Source of the DNA: a virus
Lineage: Duplodnaviria; Caudoviricetes
IMG/VR virus record: IMGVR_UViG_3300044608_000441
Span: 1 to 35,112 of that record
Length of the DNA: 35,112 bases
Direction: 5' to 3' (one strand)
The notes under the pieces were generated by a model. That model was not told the DNA's origin and did no database searches. It worked only from the letters and a program-made list of their open reading frames with translations. A program made the position numbers and the translations under genes. The first letter of the stretch is position 1. The number at the start of each line of letters is the position of its first letter. Below, in pieces: positions 19,849 to 27,328 of the stretch.

Positions 19849-20541
19849 ATGAAAACCGCAACAAAAACCGCACCAAAAGCAAAAACCGCTGGAGATATTT
19901 TCCAAGCACCAAAAACCGAAAACCTTTCGGTGATTGTAAAAGCACTTGAAGAGGCTCACGCCTTAATCCAAAAAGAAACCGACGCACCCCGTGCCGTGAT
20001 TTCCATTGGACGCTCTTCAAAAGTTCACGGCTCCTTTACACCTTGGACACCTTGGGGAACTAATGAAAAAGACGGCGAAAAGTTTCACGAAATCTTTATC
20101 TCTGCCTCATCTTTTGATAGGGGAGCCGAGGCGATTTTGGGAACTCTTTTACACGAAACCGCTCACTCTTTAGATTTGAAAGCGGGAAGAAATGGCGTCA
20201 GCCAAGAGGGCTATCACAACAAAACTTTCAAGAATACTGCTGAAAGTCTTGGCCTAGAAATTGAGCAGGCCAAGCGTATCGGTTGGAGCACCACAAAAGT
20301 GCCTGCTTCTTGTATCAAAAGATGGGAGGAGGCTTTCGGAATTATTGCCGAGGCTTTAAAGTTAGTTGCGGTCAATGATAGCGAAAAGCCAAAAGGCCGA
20401 AATAAGAATAATAAAGTTGCGGTCTGCCAATGCGGTGAGAAAATCCGCTTAAGTCTTAAGACATACAATCTCACCCGCCCAGTTTGCCAAAACTGTGAGA
20501 GTGAATTCGTCCTAGAAACCGAAGAAGGAGGCGACGAATAG
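19849..20541 (+). CDS. SprT-like zinc metalloprotease with C-terminal Zn ribbon
   Basis: TLLHETAH (HExxH), YHNKTFK, C-terminal CQCG...CQNC. Confidence 0.8.
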   Translation: MKTATKTAPKAKTAGDIFQAPKTENLSVIVKALEEAHALIQKETDAPRAVISIGRSSKVHGSFTPWTPWGTNEKDGEKFHEIFISASSFDRGAEAILGTLLHETAHSLDLKAGRNGVSQEGYHNKTFKNTAESLGLEIEQAKRIGWSTTKVPASCIKRWEEAFGIIAEALKLVAVNDSEKPKGRNKNNKVAVCQCGEKIRLSLKTYNLTRPVCQNCESEFVLETEEGGDE

Positions 20542-20563
20542 CCCAGCAGGGTAATTGACAACA

Positions 20564-20650
20564 GCCCGCCAAGGTGGAAAAATCTGAGGGTGCAAATCCC
20601 CAGACGGGCACAAGGTTAGGGAGAAATTCTCCCCGACTTAAGACAGGAGA
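20564..20650 (+). ncRNA. Intergenic structured element copy 1 (T-loop three-way junction + hairpin + motif + RBS)
   Basis: GCCCG/CGGGC closing stem, CCA/TGG arm, TCTG-A-GGG[TGCAAAT]CCC-CAGA arm. Then GGGAGA-AAT-TCTCCC, GACTTAAGAC, AGGAGA. Confidence 0.55.
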
Positions 20651-20656
20651 AAAGAA

Positions 20657-20926
20657 ATGGCAACAAAATATAAGCACAGCGTCGAGATAGTTCACGAAGG
20701 GCACAGTGGAGTGATGGAGTTTACTTTCACAGCCGACGAAAACACCGACCCTTCAAAAATCTTCGACCAATTTATCACTGAGTTAAGTATCATTGTGCAC
20801 GACGTCGAAGAGTTAGAGTTTGAAGATTGCGACGGGTGCAGTGATGAATTTGACGTGGAGGAATTAATAGAAGACGAAAACGCAGGGCTTAAGTTCTGCA
20901 AATTTTGCAGAGAGGAAAACAAATAA
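20657..20926 (+). CDS. Acidic hypothetical protein with CxxC...CxxC (89 aa)
   Basis: AGGAGA RBS; CDGC and CKFC. Confidence 0.8.
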   Translation: MATKYKHSVEIVHEGHSGVMEFTFTADENTDPSKIFDQFITELSIIVHDVEELEFEDCDGCSDEFDVEELIEDENAGLKFCKFCREENK

Positions 20927-20942
20927 CGTCTTAAGACATAAA

Positions 20943-21036
20943 GCCCCTCACCCTTAATCAGAGGGCGCAGGTTCACGACCTAGCGGGGCACGGGTTGGAG
21001 GGAAATTCCTTCCGACTTAAGACAGAACGACAGGAG
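20943..21036 (+). ncRNA. Intergenic structured element copy 2
   Basis: GCCCC/GGGGC closing stem, CCCT/AGGG arm, GC-AGG[TTCACGA]CCT-A-GC arm. Then GGAGGGA-AAT-TCCTTCC, GACTTAAGAC, GACAGGAGA. Confidence 0.55.
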
Positions 21037-21041
21037 AAAAA

Positions 21042-21287
21042 ATGCTGGTAAGAATAGCAACGACGAACGACGCAAGCGGAAACCCTAGACGGGGCTGGTT
21101 AAGACTAACCGCAGGCGGTCAGGTTATAGGCTGGACAGAAGAGGGCTACCTTGGACGTGGTGCCATTGATGGATACGACGACGGCGAGAGCCCTACAATT
21201 TACGTTAAGCCCTCAGAGTATAAGCGTTTCAAAAAATGGGGCGAAACAATTCAAGAGAACTTTACAAAGGAGGAGTTAAATGTCTAA
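21042..21287 (+). CDS. Hypothetical early protein (81 aa)
   Basis: AGGAGA RBS; NDASGNPRRGW motif. Confidence 0.8.
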   Translation: MLVRIATTNDASGNPRRGWLRLTAGGQVIGWTEEGYLGRGAIDGYDDGESPTIYVKPSEYKRFKKWGETIQENFTKEELNV

Positions 21288-21423
21288 CGACTTAAGACAT
21301 AAAAGCAAGTGTCAAGAATGCAACAAAAAGAAAAATCTTTTTGATGTGGTAAAAAATGGGCAAGAAATAAAAGCCTGCTCCGATTGCATAACGGAACAAT
21401 TGTTAACAGGCTGGAGCAGATAA
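21280..21423 (+). CDS. Zn-ribbon microprotein (47 aa)
   Basis: Own translation MSNDLRHKSKCQECNKKKNLFDVVKNGQEIKACSDCITEQLLTGWSR; AGGAGG RBS. Confidence 0.75.
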   Translation: MSNDLRHKSKCQECNKKKNLFDVVKNGQEIKACSDCITEQLLTGWSR

Positions 21424-21424
21424 A

Positions 21425-21589
21425 ATGAACAGAGGGCACAGGTATTATCAGATTAGAAAGGTGGTGCGCCTCGTATTCTGGGGCGCATTACTGGCTGGCG
21501 TCTATTATATAGCGACCCATTTAAATTGGGTAGGAGATGGATACTGCTGGGGAACTATGGATAAATGCTACTTAGGAGATGATAAATGA
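21425..21589 (+). CDS. Small membrane protein (54 aa)
   Basis: Own translation MNRGHRYYQIRKVVRLVFWGALLAGVYYIATHLNWVGDGYCWGTMDKCYLGDDK; one hydrophobic helix. Confidence 0.7.
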   Translation: MNRGHRYYQIRKVVRLVFWGALLAGVYYIATHLNWVGDGYCWGTMDKCYLGDDK

Positions 21590-21684
21590 ATGACGTCTTA
21601 AGACATAAAGATAAAGAAATAGAATTAGTTGTTTGTGGTGATTGTCTTTATCCAATTAATATTTGTAAGGGTTGTGCGTCTTAA
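21586..21684 (+). CDS. Cys-rich microprotein (32 aa)
   Basis: Own translation MNDVLRHKDKEIELVVCGDCLYPINICKGCAS; AGGAG RBS and ATGA overlap. Confidence 0.6.
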   Translation: MNDVLRHKDKEIELVVCGDCLYPINICKGCAS

Positions 21685-21715
21685 GACGTGAGGCAAACAA
21701 CACAAACGAGTTGGC

Positions 21716-21743
21716 TTGACACAGTTCACCATTGTGTTATCGT
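21716..21743 (+). promoter_or_regulatory. Housekeeping-sigma-type promoter
   Basis: TTGACA (21716-21721), 16 nt spacer, TG-n-TATCGT extended -10, in an intergenic gap before 21771. Confidence 0.6.
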
Positions 21744-21770
21744 TCTACTAAGCAATAGACAGGAGAAAAA

Positions 21771-22148
21771 ATGGATACAGGCTCGACGCTAACAGTAAGC
21801 AAATCGTTTACAGTTGGCGAATTATGGGAAGCGGTATGGGGTTGCGACGGTGCTGGTATGTATTACTGGTGCAGGAAACTACGCAAACCAAACTACCAAG
21901 GCATAGACCTATGGAAAAGAGTGGACGGCAAGATTACGCCAAACCCTCAACCCGTAAGAGTTTATGACAGCATAGAAGAGAAGTCTTATGTGGTTGAGAT
22001 TGACGACTTAAGACGTGGTTATGAATTGGCAATCAAGGCAGGGCAAACCCACTGCGGTGGTTATCCACTGGATACAGAGGATTATGACGCTTGCTTTGGG
22101 GATTTCATTGTGCAATATGCAATTTTTGGCAAGTTAATTTACGGTTAA
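21771..22148 (+). CDS. Hypothetical early protein (125 aa)
   Basis: GACAGGAGA RBS; C-terminal DACFGDFIVQYAIFGKLIYG. Confidence 0.8.
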   Translation: MDTGSTLTVSKSFTVGELWEAVWGCDGAGMYYWCRKLRKPNYQGIDLWKRVDGKITPNPQPVRVYDSIEEKSYVVEIDDLRRGYELAIKAGQTHCGGYPLDTEDYDACFGDFIVQYAIFGKLIYG

Positions 22149-22174
22149 TTACTACTTAAGACAGGAGAAATATA

Positions 22175-22534
22175 ATGGGAGCAAGAACAAACTTTCACTT
22201 CAAGCAAGGGGATAATTACTTAACTCTTTATTCCCACTGGGGTGGAGATAGTAAAATGCAAGACTTAGCCTATGCAATTTCTATGGCTGAGCCAAGATGG
22301 GACGACATTGGATACGCTACTAGAATTATGGTTAGTGTATTAATCGGCGATAGTTGGACAAGTGAAACTGGCTATGGACTACACGCTGACGCAATCGGTG
22401 GTGAAGAAAGTTATGAACACACCATCATTGACCTAGATAATAAAGTTGTGATAGTTGATGGGCAACCTAAACCTTTCAAGGACTTTATCTCTTATCACTC
22501 AAATACATTTCACGTTGGTGAGATGGTTAACTAA
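22175..22534 (+). CDS. Hypothetical early protein (119 aa)
   Basis: CTTAAGACAGGAGA upstream; MGARTNF...LYSHWGG. Confidence 0.8.
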   Translation: MGARTNFHFKQGDNYLTLYSHWGGDSKMQDLAYAISMAEPRWDDIGYATRIMVSVLIGDSWTSETGYGLHADAIGGEESYEHTIIDLDNKVVIVDGQPKPFKDFISYHSNTFHVGEMVN

Positions 22535-22558
22535 CGACTTAAGACAGGAGAAAACAAA

Positions 22559-22840
22559 ATGAATGCAACGAAAGATATAAAAATAACTGGAGTAAGACAC
22601 GAAGAAACTGCGTGGAAAAGATATATTTATTTTAAATATGAAAACACAGAATACAGTGTTTTATTATTTTGGGACGAGTTTAATGGTTATGAACTATACT
22701 GGAAAGATGAAGATAGTGCTATTATAAATTCTCGCAAAACCCCTGAGTGGGCGGTTGAATGGAACGAAGATGGGCACGATTTTATGACACTAGAGCACTA
22801 CTTAGATGAGTTAACCTACAAAGAGCAGGAGACAAAGTAA
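22559..22840 (+). CDS. Hypothetical acidic/aromatic early protein (93 aa)
   Basis: GACTTAAGACAGGAGA upstream. Confidence 0.8.
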   Translation: MNATKDIKITGVRHEETAWKRYIYFKYENTEYSVLLFWDEFNGYELYWKDEDSAIINSRKTPEWAVEWNEDGHDFMTLEHYLDELTYKEQETK

Positions 22841-23062
22841 ATGGGAGCAAGTCCTAAATGGAAAGTGTATGACGCAAGTAATCAATACGTAGCAAGTGTA
22901 AGAGATACAGAGGGCGCAAGTCTTTTGATGAGCCTATACGGAACTGGTGCAACAATTCGACTAGACCATAGAAGAATTGTGTGGACTGAAGGGGCAGATG
23001 GAAACGCCTCAGAAAGTTATGACCAAACAGCAATCAAAATCCAAGAACGATTGATGTCTTAA
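22841..23062 (+). CDS. Hypothetical protein (73 aa)
   Basis: AGGAG RBS; its stop codon is the TAA of a GTCTTAAGAC motif. Confidence 0.75.
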   Translation: MGASPKWKVYDASNQYVASVRDTEGASLLMSLYGTGATIRLDHRRIVWTEGADGNASESYDQTAIKIQERLMS

Positions 23063-23076
23063 GACAGGAGAATGAA

Positions 23077-23175
23077 ATGGATATGGAGCAAGAGATTGAG
23101 GGCTTGGATTTATTTCAAAGCCTAGTAGTATTAGCAGAACGGTTAGTCGAACTGACAGGAGAAAAAAATGACTAA
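23077..23175 (+). CDS. Microprotein (32 aa)
   Basis: Own translation MDMEQEIEGLDLFQSLVVLAERLVELTGEKND, after GTCTTAAGACAGGAGA. Confidence 0.6.
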   Translation: MDMEQEIEGLDLFQSLVVLAERLVELTGEKND

Positions 23176-23311
23176 AGATATATGCCAATTCTGTGGTTGG
23201 GAAATAGTAAATCCTGACTGGTATAACCAATACAACAGCAAACCATTATGCGACGATTGTAATATGGATATGATGTTGGAAAGACAAAAAGAATTGGAGA
23301 ACAGCAAGTGA
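23168..23311 (+). CDS. Zn-ribbon microprotein (47 aa)
   Basis: Own translation MTKDICQFCGWEIVNPDWYNQYNSKPLCDDCNMDMMLERQKELENSK; GACAGGAGA RBS. Confidence 0.75.
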   Translation: MTKDICQFCGWEIVNPDWYNQYNSKPLCDDCNMDMMLERQKELENSK

Positions 23312-23496
23312 GCGATTATAAAGACTATGAGGTAAGGGTCAGTTATGATGGCGGTATTTATGTCTCTGCTTTAAATCAAGAAGAGGCAATAGAAATAGCC
23401 AAGAATATTATGCTAGAGGAAACTAATCCTGATATGGCTAAGTATCTAACCTATGAGGTAGAGCAAACCATACTAAAGCAGGTGCAAAATGCCTGA
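23308..23496 (+). CDS. Hypothetical protein (62 aa)
   Basis: GTGA overlap; VSALNQEEAIEIA motif. Confidence 0.75.
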   Translation: MSDYKDYEVRVSYDGGIYVSALNQEEAIEIAKNIMLEETNPDMAKYLTYEVEQTILKQVQNA

Positions 23497-23653
23497 ACCA
23501 CGCTACTTAATGGGAGATAATTACGCCTTAAGTGGAATAGAGTTAGACATAGTTAAATGTAAAGAGTGCAAGTGTGAGTATGATTATAGCGAGTATCATT
23601 CCTACACCTGCTCAGACTGCGAAGATAAAATGATTGCGAGGTTAAAGAAGTGA
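23489..23653 (+). CDS. Zn-ribbon microprotein (54 aa)
   Basis: Own translation MPEPRYLMGDNYALSGIELDIVKCKECKCEYDYSEYHSYTCSDCEDKMIARLKK. Confidence 0.7.
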   Translation: MPEPRYLMGDNYALSGIELDIVKCKECKCEYDYSEYHSYTCSDCEDKMIARLKK

Positions 23654-23877
23654 AACAATTCTCTGTGATTTACAATGTCAAAGGCACTAAGATTGTTGAC
23701 ATATATCTACCCGACGGTATCGAATTGCCTGAAAATTGGCAGAGCCTTACCGTTGAAGAGCAAGATGAATTCCTGTATACTAACCAATCTCATTCTGTCT
23801 TAAGAACAGAAGACCTAGACTATGGCAAAGTCTTTGAGATATGGGAGAATAAAGATGTTTTAAGGTTGGTTAAATGA
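23650..23877 (+). CDS. Hypothetical protein (75 aa)
   Basis: Coupled overlaps at both ends. Confidence 0.75.
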   Translation: MKQFSVIYNVKGTKIVDIYLPDGIELPENWQSLTVEEQDEFLYTNQSHSVLRTEDLDYGKVFEIWENKDVLRLVK

Positions 23878-24116
23878 GCCTAGACATAGGCTTGTTGCCA
23901 CCTGACTGGACTAAGAAAGCCTTGTGTGCTGAGGTTGACCCAGTAATTTTCTTTCCTGAAGCGGGTGAGAAAACTGCGGACGCAAAAAGAATATGCAGGG
24001 CTTGTGATGTTAAGACCCAATGCCTTGAATATTCCATAACCAACAACGAAAGGTTTGGCATATGGGGCGGACTAACGGAGTTCGACAGACGAAGGCTCAG
24101 AAGAGAAGCAAGTTAA
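23874..24116 (+). CDS. whiB: WhiB-family Fe-S transcription factor
   Basis: W...ALC...DP..FFP...AKRICRAC.V...CLEY...FGIWGGLT..R: four Cys plus the GIWGG turn. Confidence 0.95.
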   Translation: MSLDIGLLPPDWTKKALCAEVDPVIFFPEAGEKTADAKRICRACDVKTQCLEYSITNNERFGIWGGLTEFDRRRLRREAS

Positions 24117-24520
24117 TAAGAAAACGGGTGGTGGCTACGGCCTTGTTAGTCATCACCCTAATCTTTTTCCCTATACAAAAACTAACAGCACCACACAAAT
24201 CCCCCACTCCTGAGCCTACAAAGGCTACAATGGAGCAGAAGAAGGCTAACAAAGCCTTGGCTAAAAAGATTGCTTGGGTTGGATATGGGTGGAAAGATAA
24301 AGAGTGGGCTTGTCTTGATAAGATATTTTATAAGGAGGCAAAATATGACCACCTTGCAAAGAACCAATTGGGTTCAAGTGCATATGGAATTGGTCAACGT
24401 CTTAAGGAGAAAAGTAAAGACCCTATGACACAGTTGCTACACACTTATAAATATATCCAGCATAGGTATAAAACTCCCTGCTCTGCTTGGCGGTTTCATA
24501 TTAAGAATAATTATTACTGA
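24062..24520 (+). CDS. Membrane-anchored lytic transglycosylase (lysozyme-like fold); true start probably further downstream
   Basis: Hydrophobic VVATALLVITLIFFPI segment; EWACLDKIFYKEAKYD (catalytic Glu position), SSAYGIGQRL, YIQHRYKTPCSAW. Confidence 0.75.
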   Translation: MGRTNGVRQTKAQKRSKLIRKRVVATALLVITLIFFPIQKLTAPHKSPTPEPTKATMEQKKANKALAKKIAWVGYGWKDKEWACLDKIFYKEAKYDHLAKNQLGSSAYGIGQRLKEKSKDPMTQLLHTYKYIQHRYKTPCSAWRFHIKNNYY

Positions 24521-24696
24521 TGTTTGACTTAAGAGGCGAACCAGCATTTGTATGTATCTGTGGGTCAAAGATGTGGAACCTAAAGGTAATGTGGGACACC
24601 GAGACTAGGCAGGTGGGAATGTATTTGTTAGACCAAGTATGTGATGAATGCGGGGCGATAGCCACCGCTCCGACAGAGATAGATGGGTGTGAGTAA
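24520..24696 (+). CDS. Zn-binding hypothetical protein (58 aa)
   Basis: Own translation MFDLRGEPAFVCICGSKMWNLKVMWDTETRQVGMYLLDQVCDECGAIATAPTEIDGCE; TGATG/TAATG overlaps. Confidence 0.75.
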   Translation: MFDLRGEPAFVCICGSKMWNLKVMWDTETRQVGMYLLDQVCDECGAIATAPTEIDGCE

Positions 24697-24872
24697 TGCC
24701 AACTTATGAATATAGATGTAATCAATGTCAAGCACTTTATGTCTTAAGTAGAAGTGTAGATGAACGAAGCCACGAAGTTAAATGTGTATGTGGTGATGTA
24801 GCAGAAAGAGTTTTCAACTCTGTCTCTGTTCAATTCAAGGGCACAGGTTTCTATAAGACGGATAACAAATGA
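24696..24872 (+). CDS. FmdB-family zinc ribbon protein (58 aa)
   Basis: Own translation MPTYEYRCNQC...CVCG...RVF...VQFKGTGFYKTDNK; MPxYEYxC and FKGxGFYxTD signatures. Confidence 0.85.
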   Translation: MPTYEYRCNQCQALYVLSRSVDERSHEVKCVCGDVAERVFNSVSVQFKGTGFYKTDNK

Positions 24873-24877
24873 AAGAC

Positions 24878-25564
24878 CTACTCAGTTTTGCTTTCAGTTT
24901 TAGCAGGTTGTTCTTCGCCGTCACTATGATTTTCATTATGCTTTTCTAGGTCAACATCATTGTAAGGTTTAAATCCACCAAGCCTACGAATTAATCTATT
25001 AAGTGCACGACGTTGTCTCATACGTGCAGTATCTTCTGAGCCTAATTCAAGAGTATCGGCAATCAACTTATATTCCAATGACTCTGCGTGTCTTAAGAAT
25101 AAAATCTTTCTATCTTCCTTAGATAGTTTCCAATAAGCATAATCAATCTCTATCATCATAGCCATAAGATTGCCACCTTCAGCAGGAGCAGAGGTTCCTT
25201 TGACACCACCTAAATCTAATTTATGTCCAACATTTATCTCACCCCTTAAGACAGAAGGCAACAGAGCCTCGACCAAACCAGCCTCATAGTAGTATAAATC
25301 ACTGGTTTCGTAGCCACTTGTGTTGGCTTTCCACTCCTGACAATAGTCTAAAGCGTGGTTGCGAAGAGAGCGATAGATTAAATTCTTTGCATCTTTGTCG
25401 CCAATCTTTTCCCACTCTTCTACCTTGTTGGGGTGTTCATAGAACCATTGGTATAAAGATTGTTTAATATCTTTTAGTTCAACCATCTGAAATTTCTTGT
25501 GATACTCAGAAGCAACAGCGTCTATCACATAATTCCATTCTTTAATTTTATTCCAATCCATCAC
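24878..25564 (-). CDS. Phage sigma-70/ECF-like RNA polymerase sigma factor
   Basis: Region-2-like ELKDIKQSLYQW...LIYRSLRNHALDY. Region-4 HTH LSKEDRKILFLRH..LEYKLIADTL...TARMRQRRALNRL. Confidence 0.8.
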   Translation of the reverse strand: MMDWNKIKEWNYVIDAVASEYHKKFQMVELKDIKQSLYQWFYEHPNKVEEWEKIGDKDAKNLIYRSLRNHALDYCQEWKANTSGYETSDLYYYEAGLVEALLPSVLRGEINVGHKLDLGGVKGTSAPAEGGNLMAMMIEIDYAYWKLSKEDRKILFLRHAESLEYKLIADTLELGSEDTARMRQRRALNRLIRRLGGFKPYNDVDLEKHNENHSDGEEQPAKTESKTE

Positions 25565-25950
25565 GATAATTTTATGCCTAACTCTAGTGGTAAAAAAGTA
25601 ACTAACTTTGTCGTCTTTGATTTATCTTGAAACTCAGTGGTAGTAGGTAACCATTTCTCAACCCATTCTAAATCTTTAACTACTGTCTTAAGCGGAAAAG
25701 ACCAGACACCAAGAGGCGTTGAGTTTATATACCAAGGTGTATAACCAAGAACATCTGCGGTCAAGACTAGAAAATCAAACTTCTTTCTTTCCAGTAGCAG
25801 AGTATCATAGTGAGTATTCCTAGACTTAAGTTCAATAAACATTTTATAATGACCGCTTGTGCAATCAAAACCATCATACTCTTTACTAGATTTTTCTAAG
25901 TCAGAGTAATGACCAGCCTTCAGCCAATCAAATAATTCCTGTTCTTTCAT
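25561..25950 (-). CDS. PD-(D/E)xK nuclease-like protein
   Basis: E...FDC...FIELKSR motif. Confidence 0.65.
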   Translation of the reverse strand: MKEQELFDWLKAGHYSDLEKSSKEYDGFDCTSGHYKMFIELKSRNTHYDTLLLERKKFDFLVLTADVLGYTPWYINSTPLGVWSFPLKTVVKDLEWVEKWLPTTTEFQDKSKTTKLVTFLPLELGIKLS

Positions 25951-26333
25951 TCTTTGCTATCCCATTGGCGTCTTAAGACTAAGAGAGCAATGATGGAGTA
26001 GTTAGCCATATCTTTGAACGAGTCTTCAAGGGACTCGTGTTGTGGGTTTCTACTGTTGTCAACAAGGTTATTAATCCTTGCAAGTTTATCGTGCATACGT
26101 ACTCGCAATCCATTGATAGGTCCACCAGGTGACTCGCTGATATTCTTCGGGCCGTAATCAAGGTGCTTGCTGAGGAGCAGTTCTTCGAGTTCATTAAAGG
26201 TATCCTCTACATCTTTCTTGAATTGTTTGTTAAGAGCAGGGGAATCTTTAGTGTTAACAACAAGGTGTTTTGGTAAATCTCCTTCGAGTAAATTTGGAAA
26301 CCTTGTTTTTCCAAGTGGGTTATAATCTGCCAT
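25947..26333 (-). CDS. Nucleotide-modification-associated domain 1 (Nmad1/DUF1599-like) protein
   Basis: LLSKHLDYG...RMHDKLARINNL...ESLEDSFKDMANYSIIAL. Confidence 0.75.
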   Translation of the reverse strand: MADYNPLGKTRFPNLLEGDLPKHLVVNTKDSPALNKQFKKDVEDTFNELEELLLSKHLDYGPKNISESPGGPINGLRVRMHDKLARINNLVDNSRNPQHESLEDSFKDMANYSIIALLVLRRQWDSKE

Positions 26334-26339
26334 ATCTCT

Positions 26340-26711
26340 TCACTCTCCGCTTTCATTGGTAGGTTTTTCCTCTTCTAATAATGTCTTAAGACTATCATCA
26401 AAATCTTTTAATGCTGACTTAACCACCATTTCTTCTATCAATTCTTCGATTGGTTCATAGCCATTCTCTGAAGCAAACAAAGTTACATAGGTTGACTGGG
26501 TAATTAACTTGACTTGTTCAGGACTATTGGCGTTGTTATAAATAAATCTAAGCATCGAACCAAGCATCAATCTATATCCGCTAGGTAGTACTAGGTATGG
26601 GTCAAACTCTTCGTCGTCCTCTAGCAAGTGGTCAACCAATTCAAAGGAACTTTCAAAGACCTGACCACATTCCTTACAAGTATTATGAGGTGGCTGGTCT
26701 TCTAGGTTCAT
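26340..26711 (-). CDS. Hypothetical protein with N-terminal C2H2-like Zn finger
   Basis: CKECGQVF....L..H. Confidence 0.7.
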   Translation of the reverse strand: MNLEDQPPHNTCKECGQVFESSFELVDHLLEDDEEFDPYLVLPSGYRLMLGSMLRFIYNNANSPEQVKLITQSTYVTLFASENGYEPIEELIEEMVVKSALKDFDDSLKTLLEEEKPTNESGE

Positions 26712-27328
26712 TTATTATTTATCTTATTGTGAAAATAACTGGCACCTTCTTGTACAAACATTGAGTTAACGTCGTGCCCATCAGGTAATTGAACAATAGT
26801 AACTGGTAATTCACGAGCAAGACTACGAGCAAACTCAGTTCCTGGTTGGTCTCCGTCTGCAAAAACAAATACTCTTTCAAAATCTGCTAACAATCTTGTG
26901 TAATGTTTCTTCCAACTATTAGCACCAGGAACACCAATGCAGGGTATGCCTATACACATAGACATAGTGATGGTGTCTAGTTCTCCTTCACATACTCCTA
27001 TAAAGTTTGTTGCTTTTTCAATATCAAGTACGTTGTACATTCTAGTTTCAGCACCAGTTAAACCCATATACTTAGGTTCAATAGCAGGATGAAGAGCCCG
27101 AAAACGCAAATCGACAACGCCAGTCTTGGTAATATACGGTATGGATAGTCTTCCTTTGTATGCTTCGTGTCCAACTTCAGGTTCCTCTACTACGCCTAAT
27201 TGCGCCAGCCGTGCTATTTCCACTGGAATTCCCCTGTTTTTTAGGTAGTCTTCCGCCTGATAAATGTTTGCCCCGTAACTTTCCGTCGCCTTCCCCAGTA
27301 ATTCTTTCTGCAATATGCTTTGCTTCAC
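26708..27328 (-). CDS. DNA primase, TOPRIM catalytic part
   Basis: YLKNRGI, RLSIPY, PKY, VCEGELD, FADGDQPG, DVNS. Confidence 0.9.
   Translation of the reverse strand: MKQSILQKELLGKATESYGANIYQAEDYLKNRGIPVEIARLAQLGVVEEPEVGHEAYKGRLSIPYITKTGVVDLRFRALHPAIEPKYMGLTGAETRMYNVLDIEKATNFIGVCEGELDTITMSMCIGIPCIGVPGANSWKKHYTRLLADFERVFVFADGDQPGTEFARSLARELPVTIVQLPDGHDVNSMFVQEGASYFHNKINNK

Noticed and set aside
20555-20583. Promoter at TTGACA 20555
   Set aside because: No convincing -10 at 16-18 nt spacing (AAAAAT); left uncalled.
20564-20991. Bona fide tRNA genes
   Set aside because: Elements are under 50 nt with no anticodon arm and no CCA; reported as tRNA-like structures instead.
19599-23065. CRISPR array or integron attC array formed by the repeated motif
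   Set aside because: Repeat is only 8-16 bp, spacing is irregular, many copies are inside CDSs, and no cas operon or integron integrase is present.
19808-24731. Minus-strand ORFs across the early region
   Set aside because: The plus strand is fully tiled by RBS-led, coupled genes; these are shadows.
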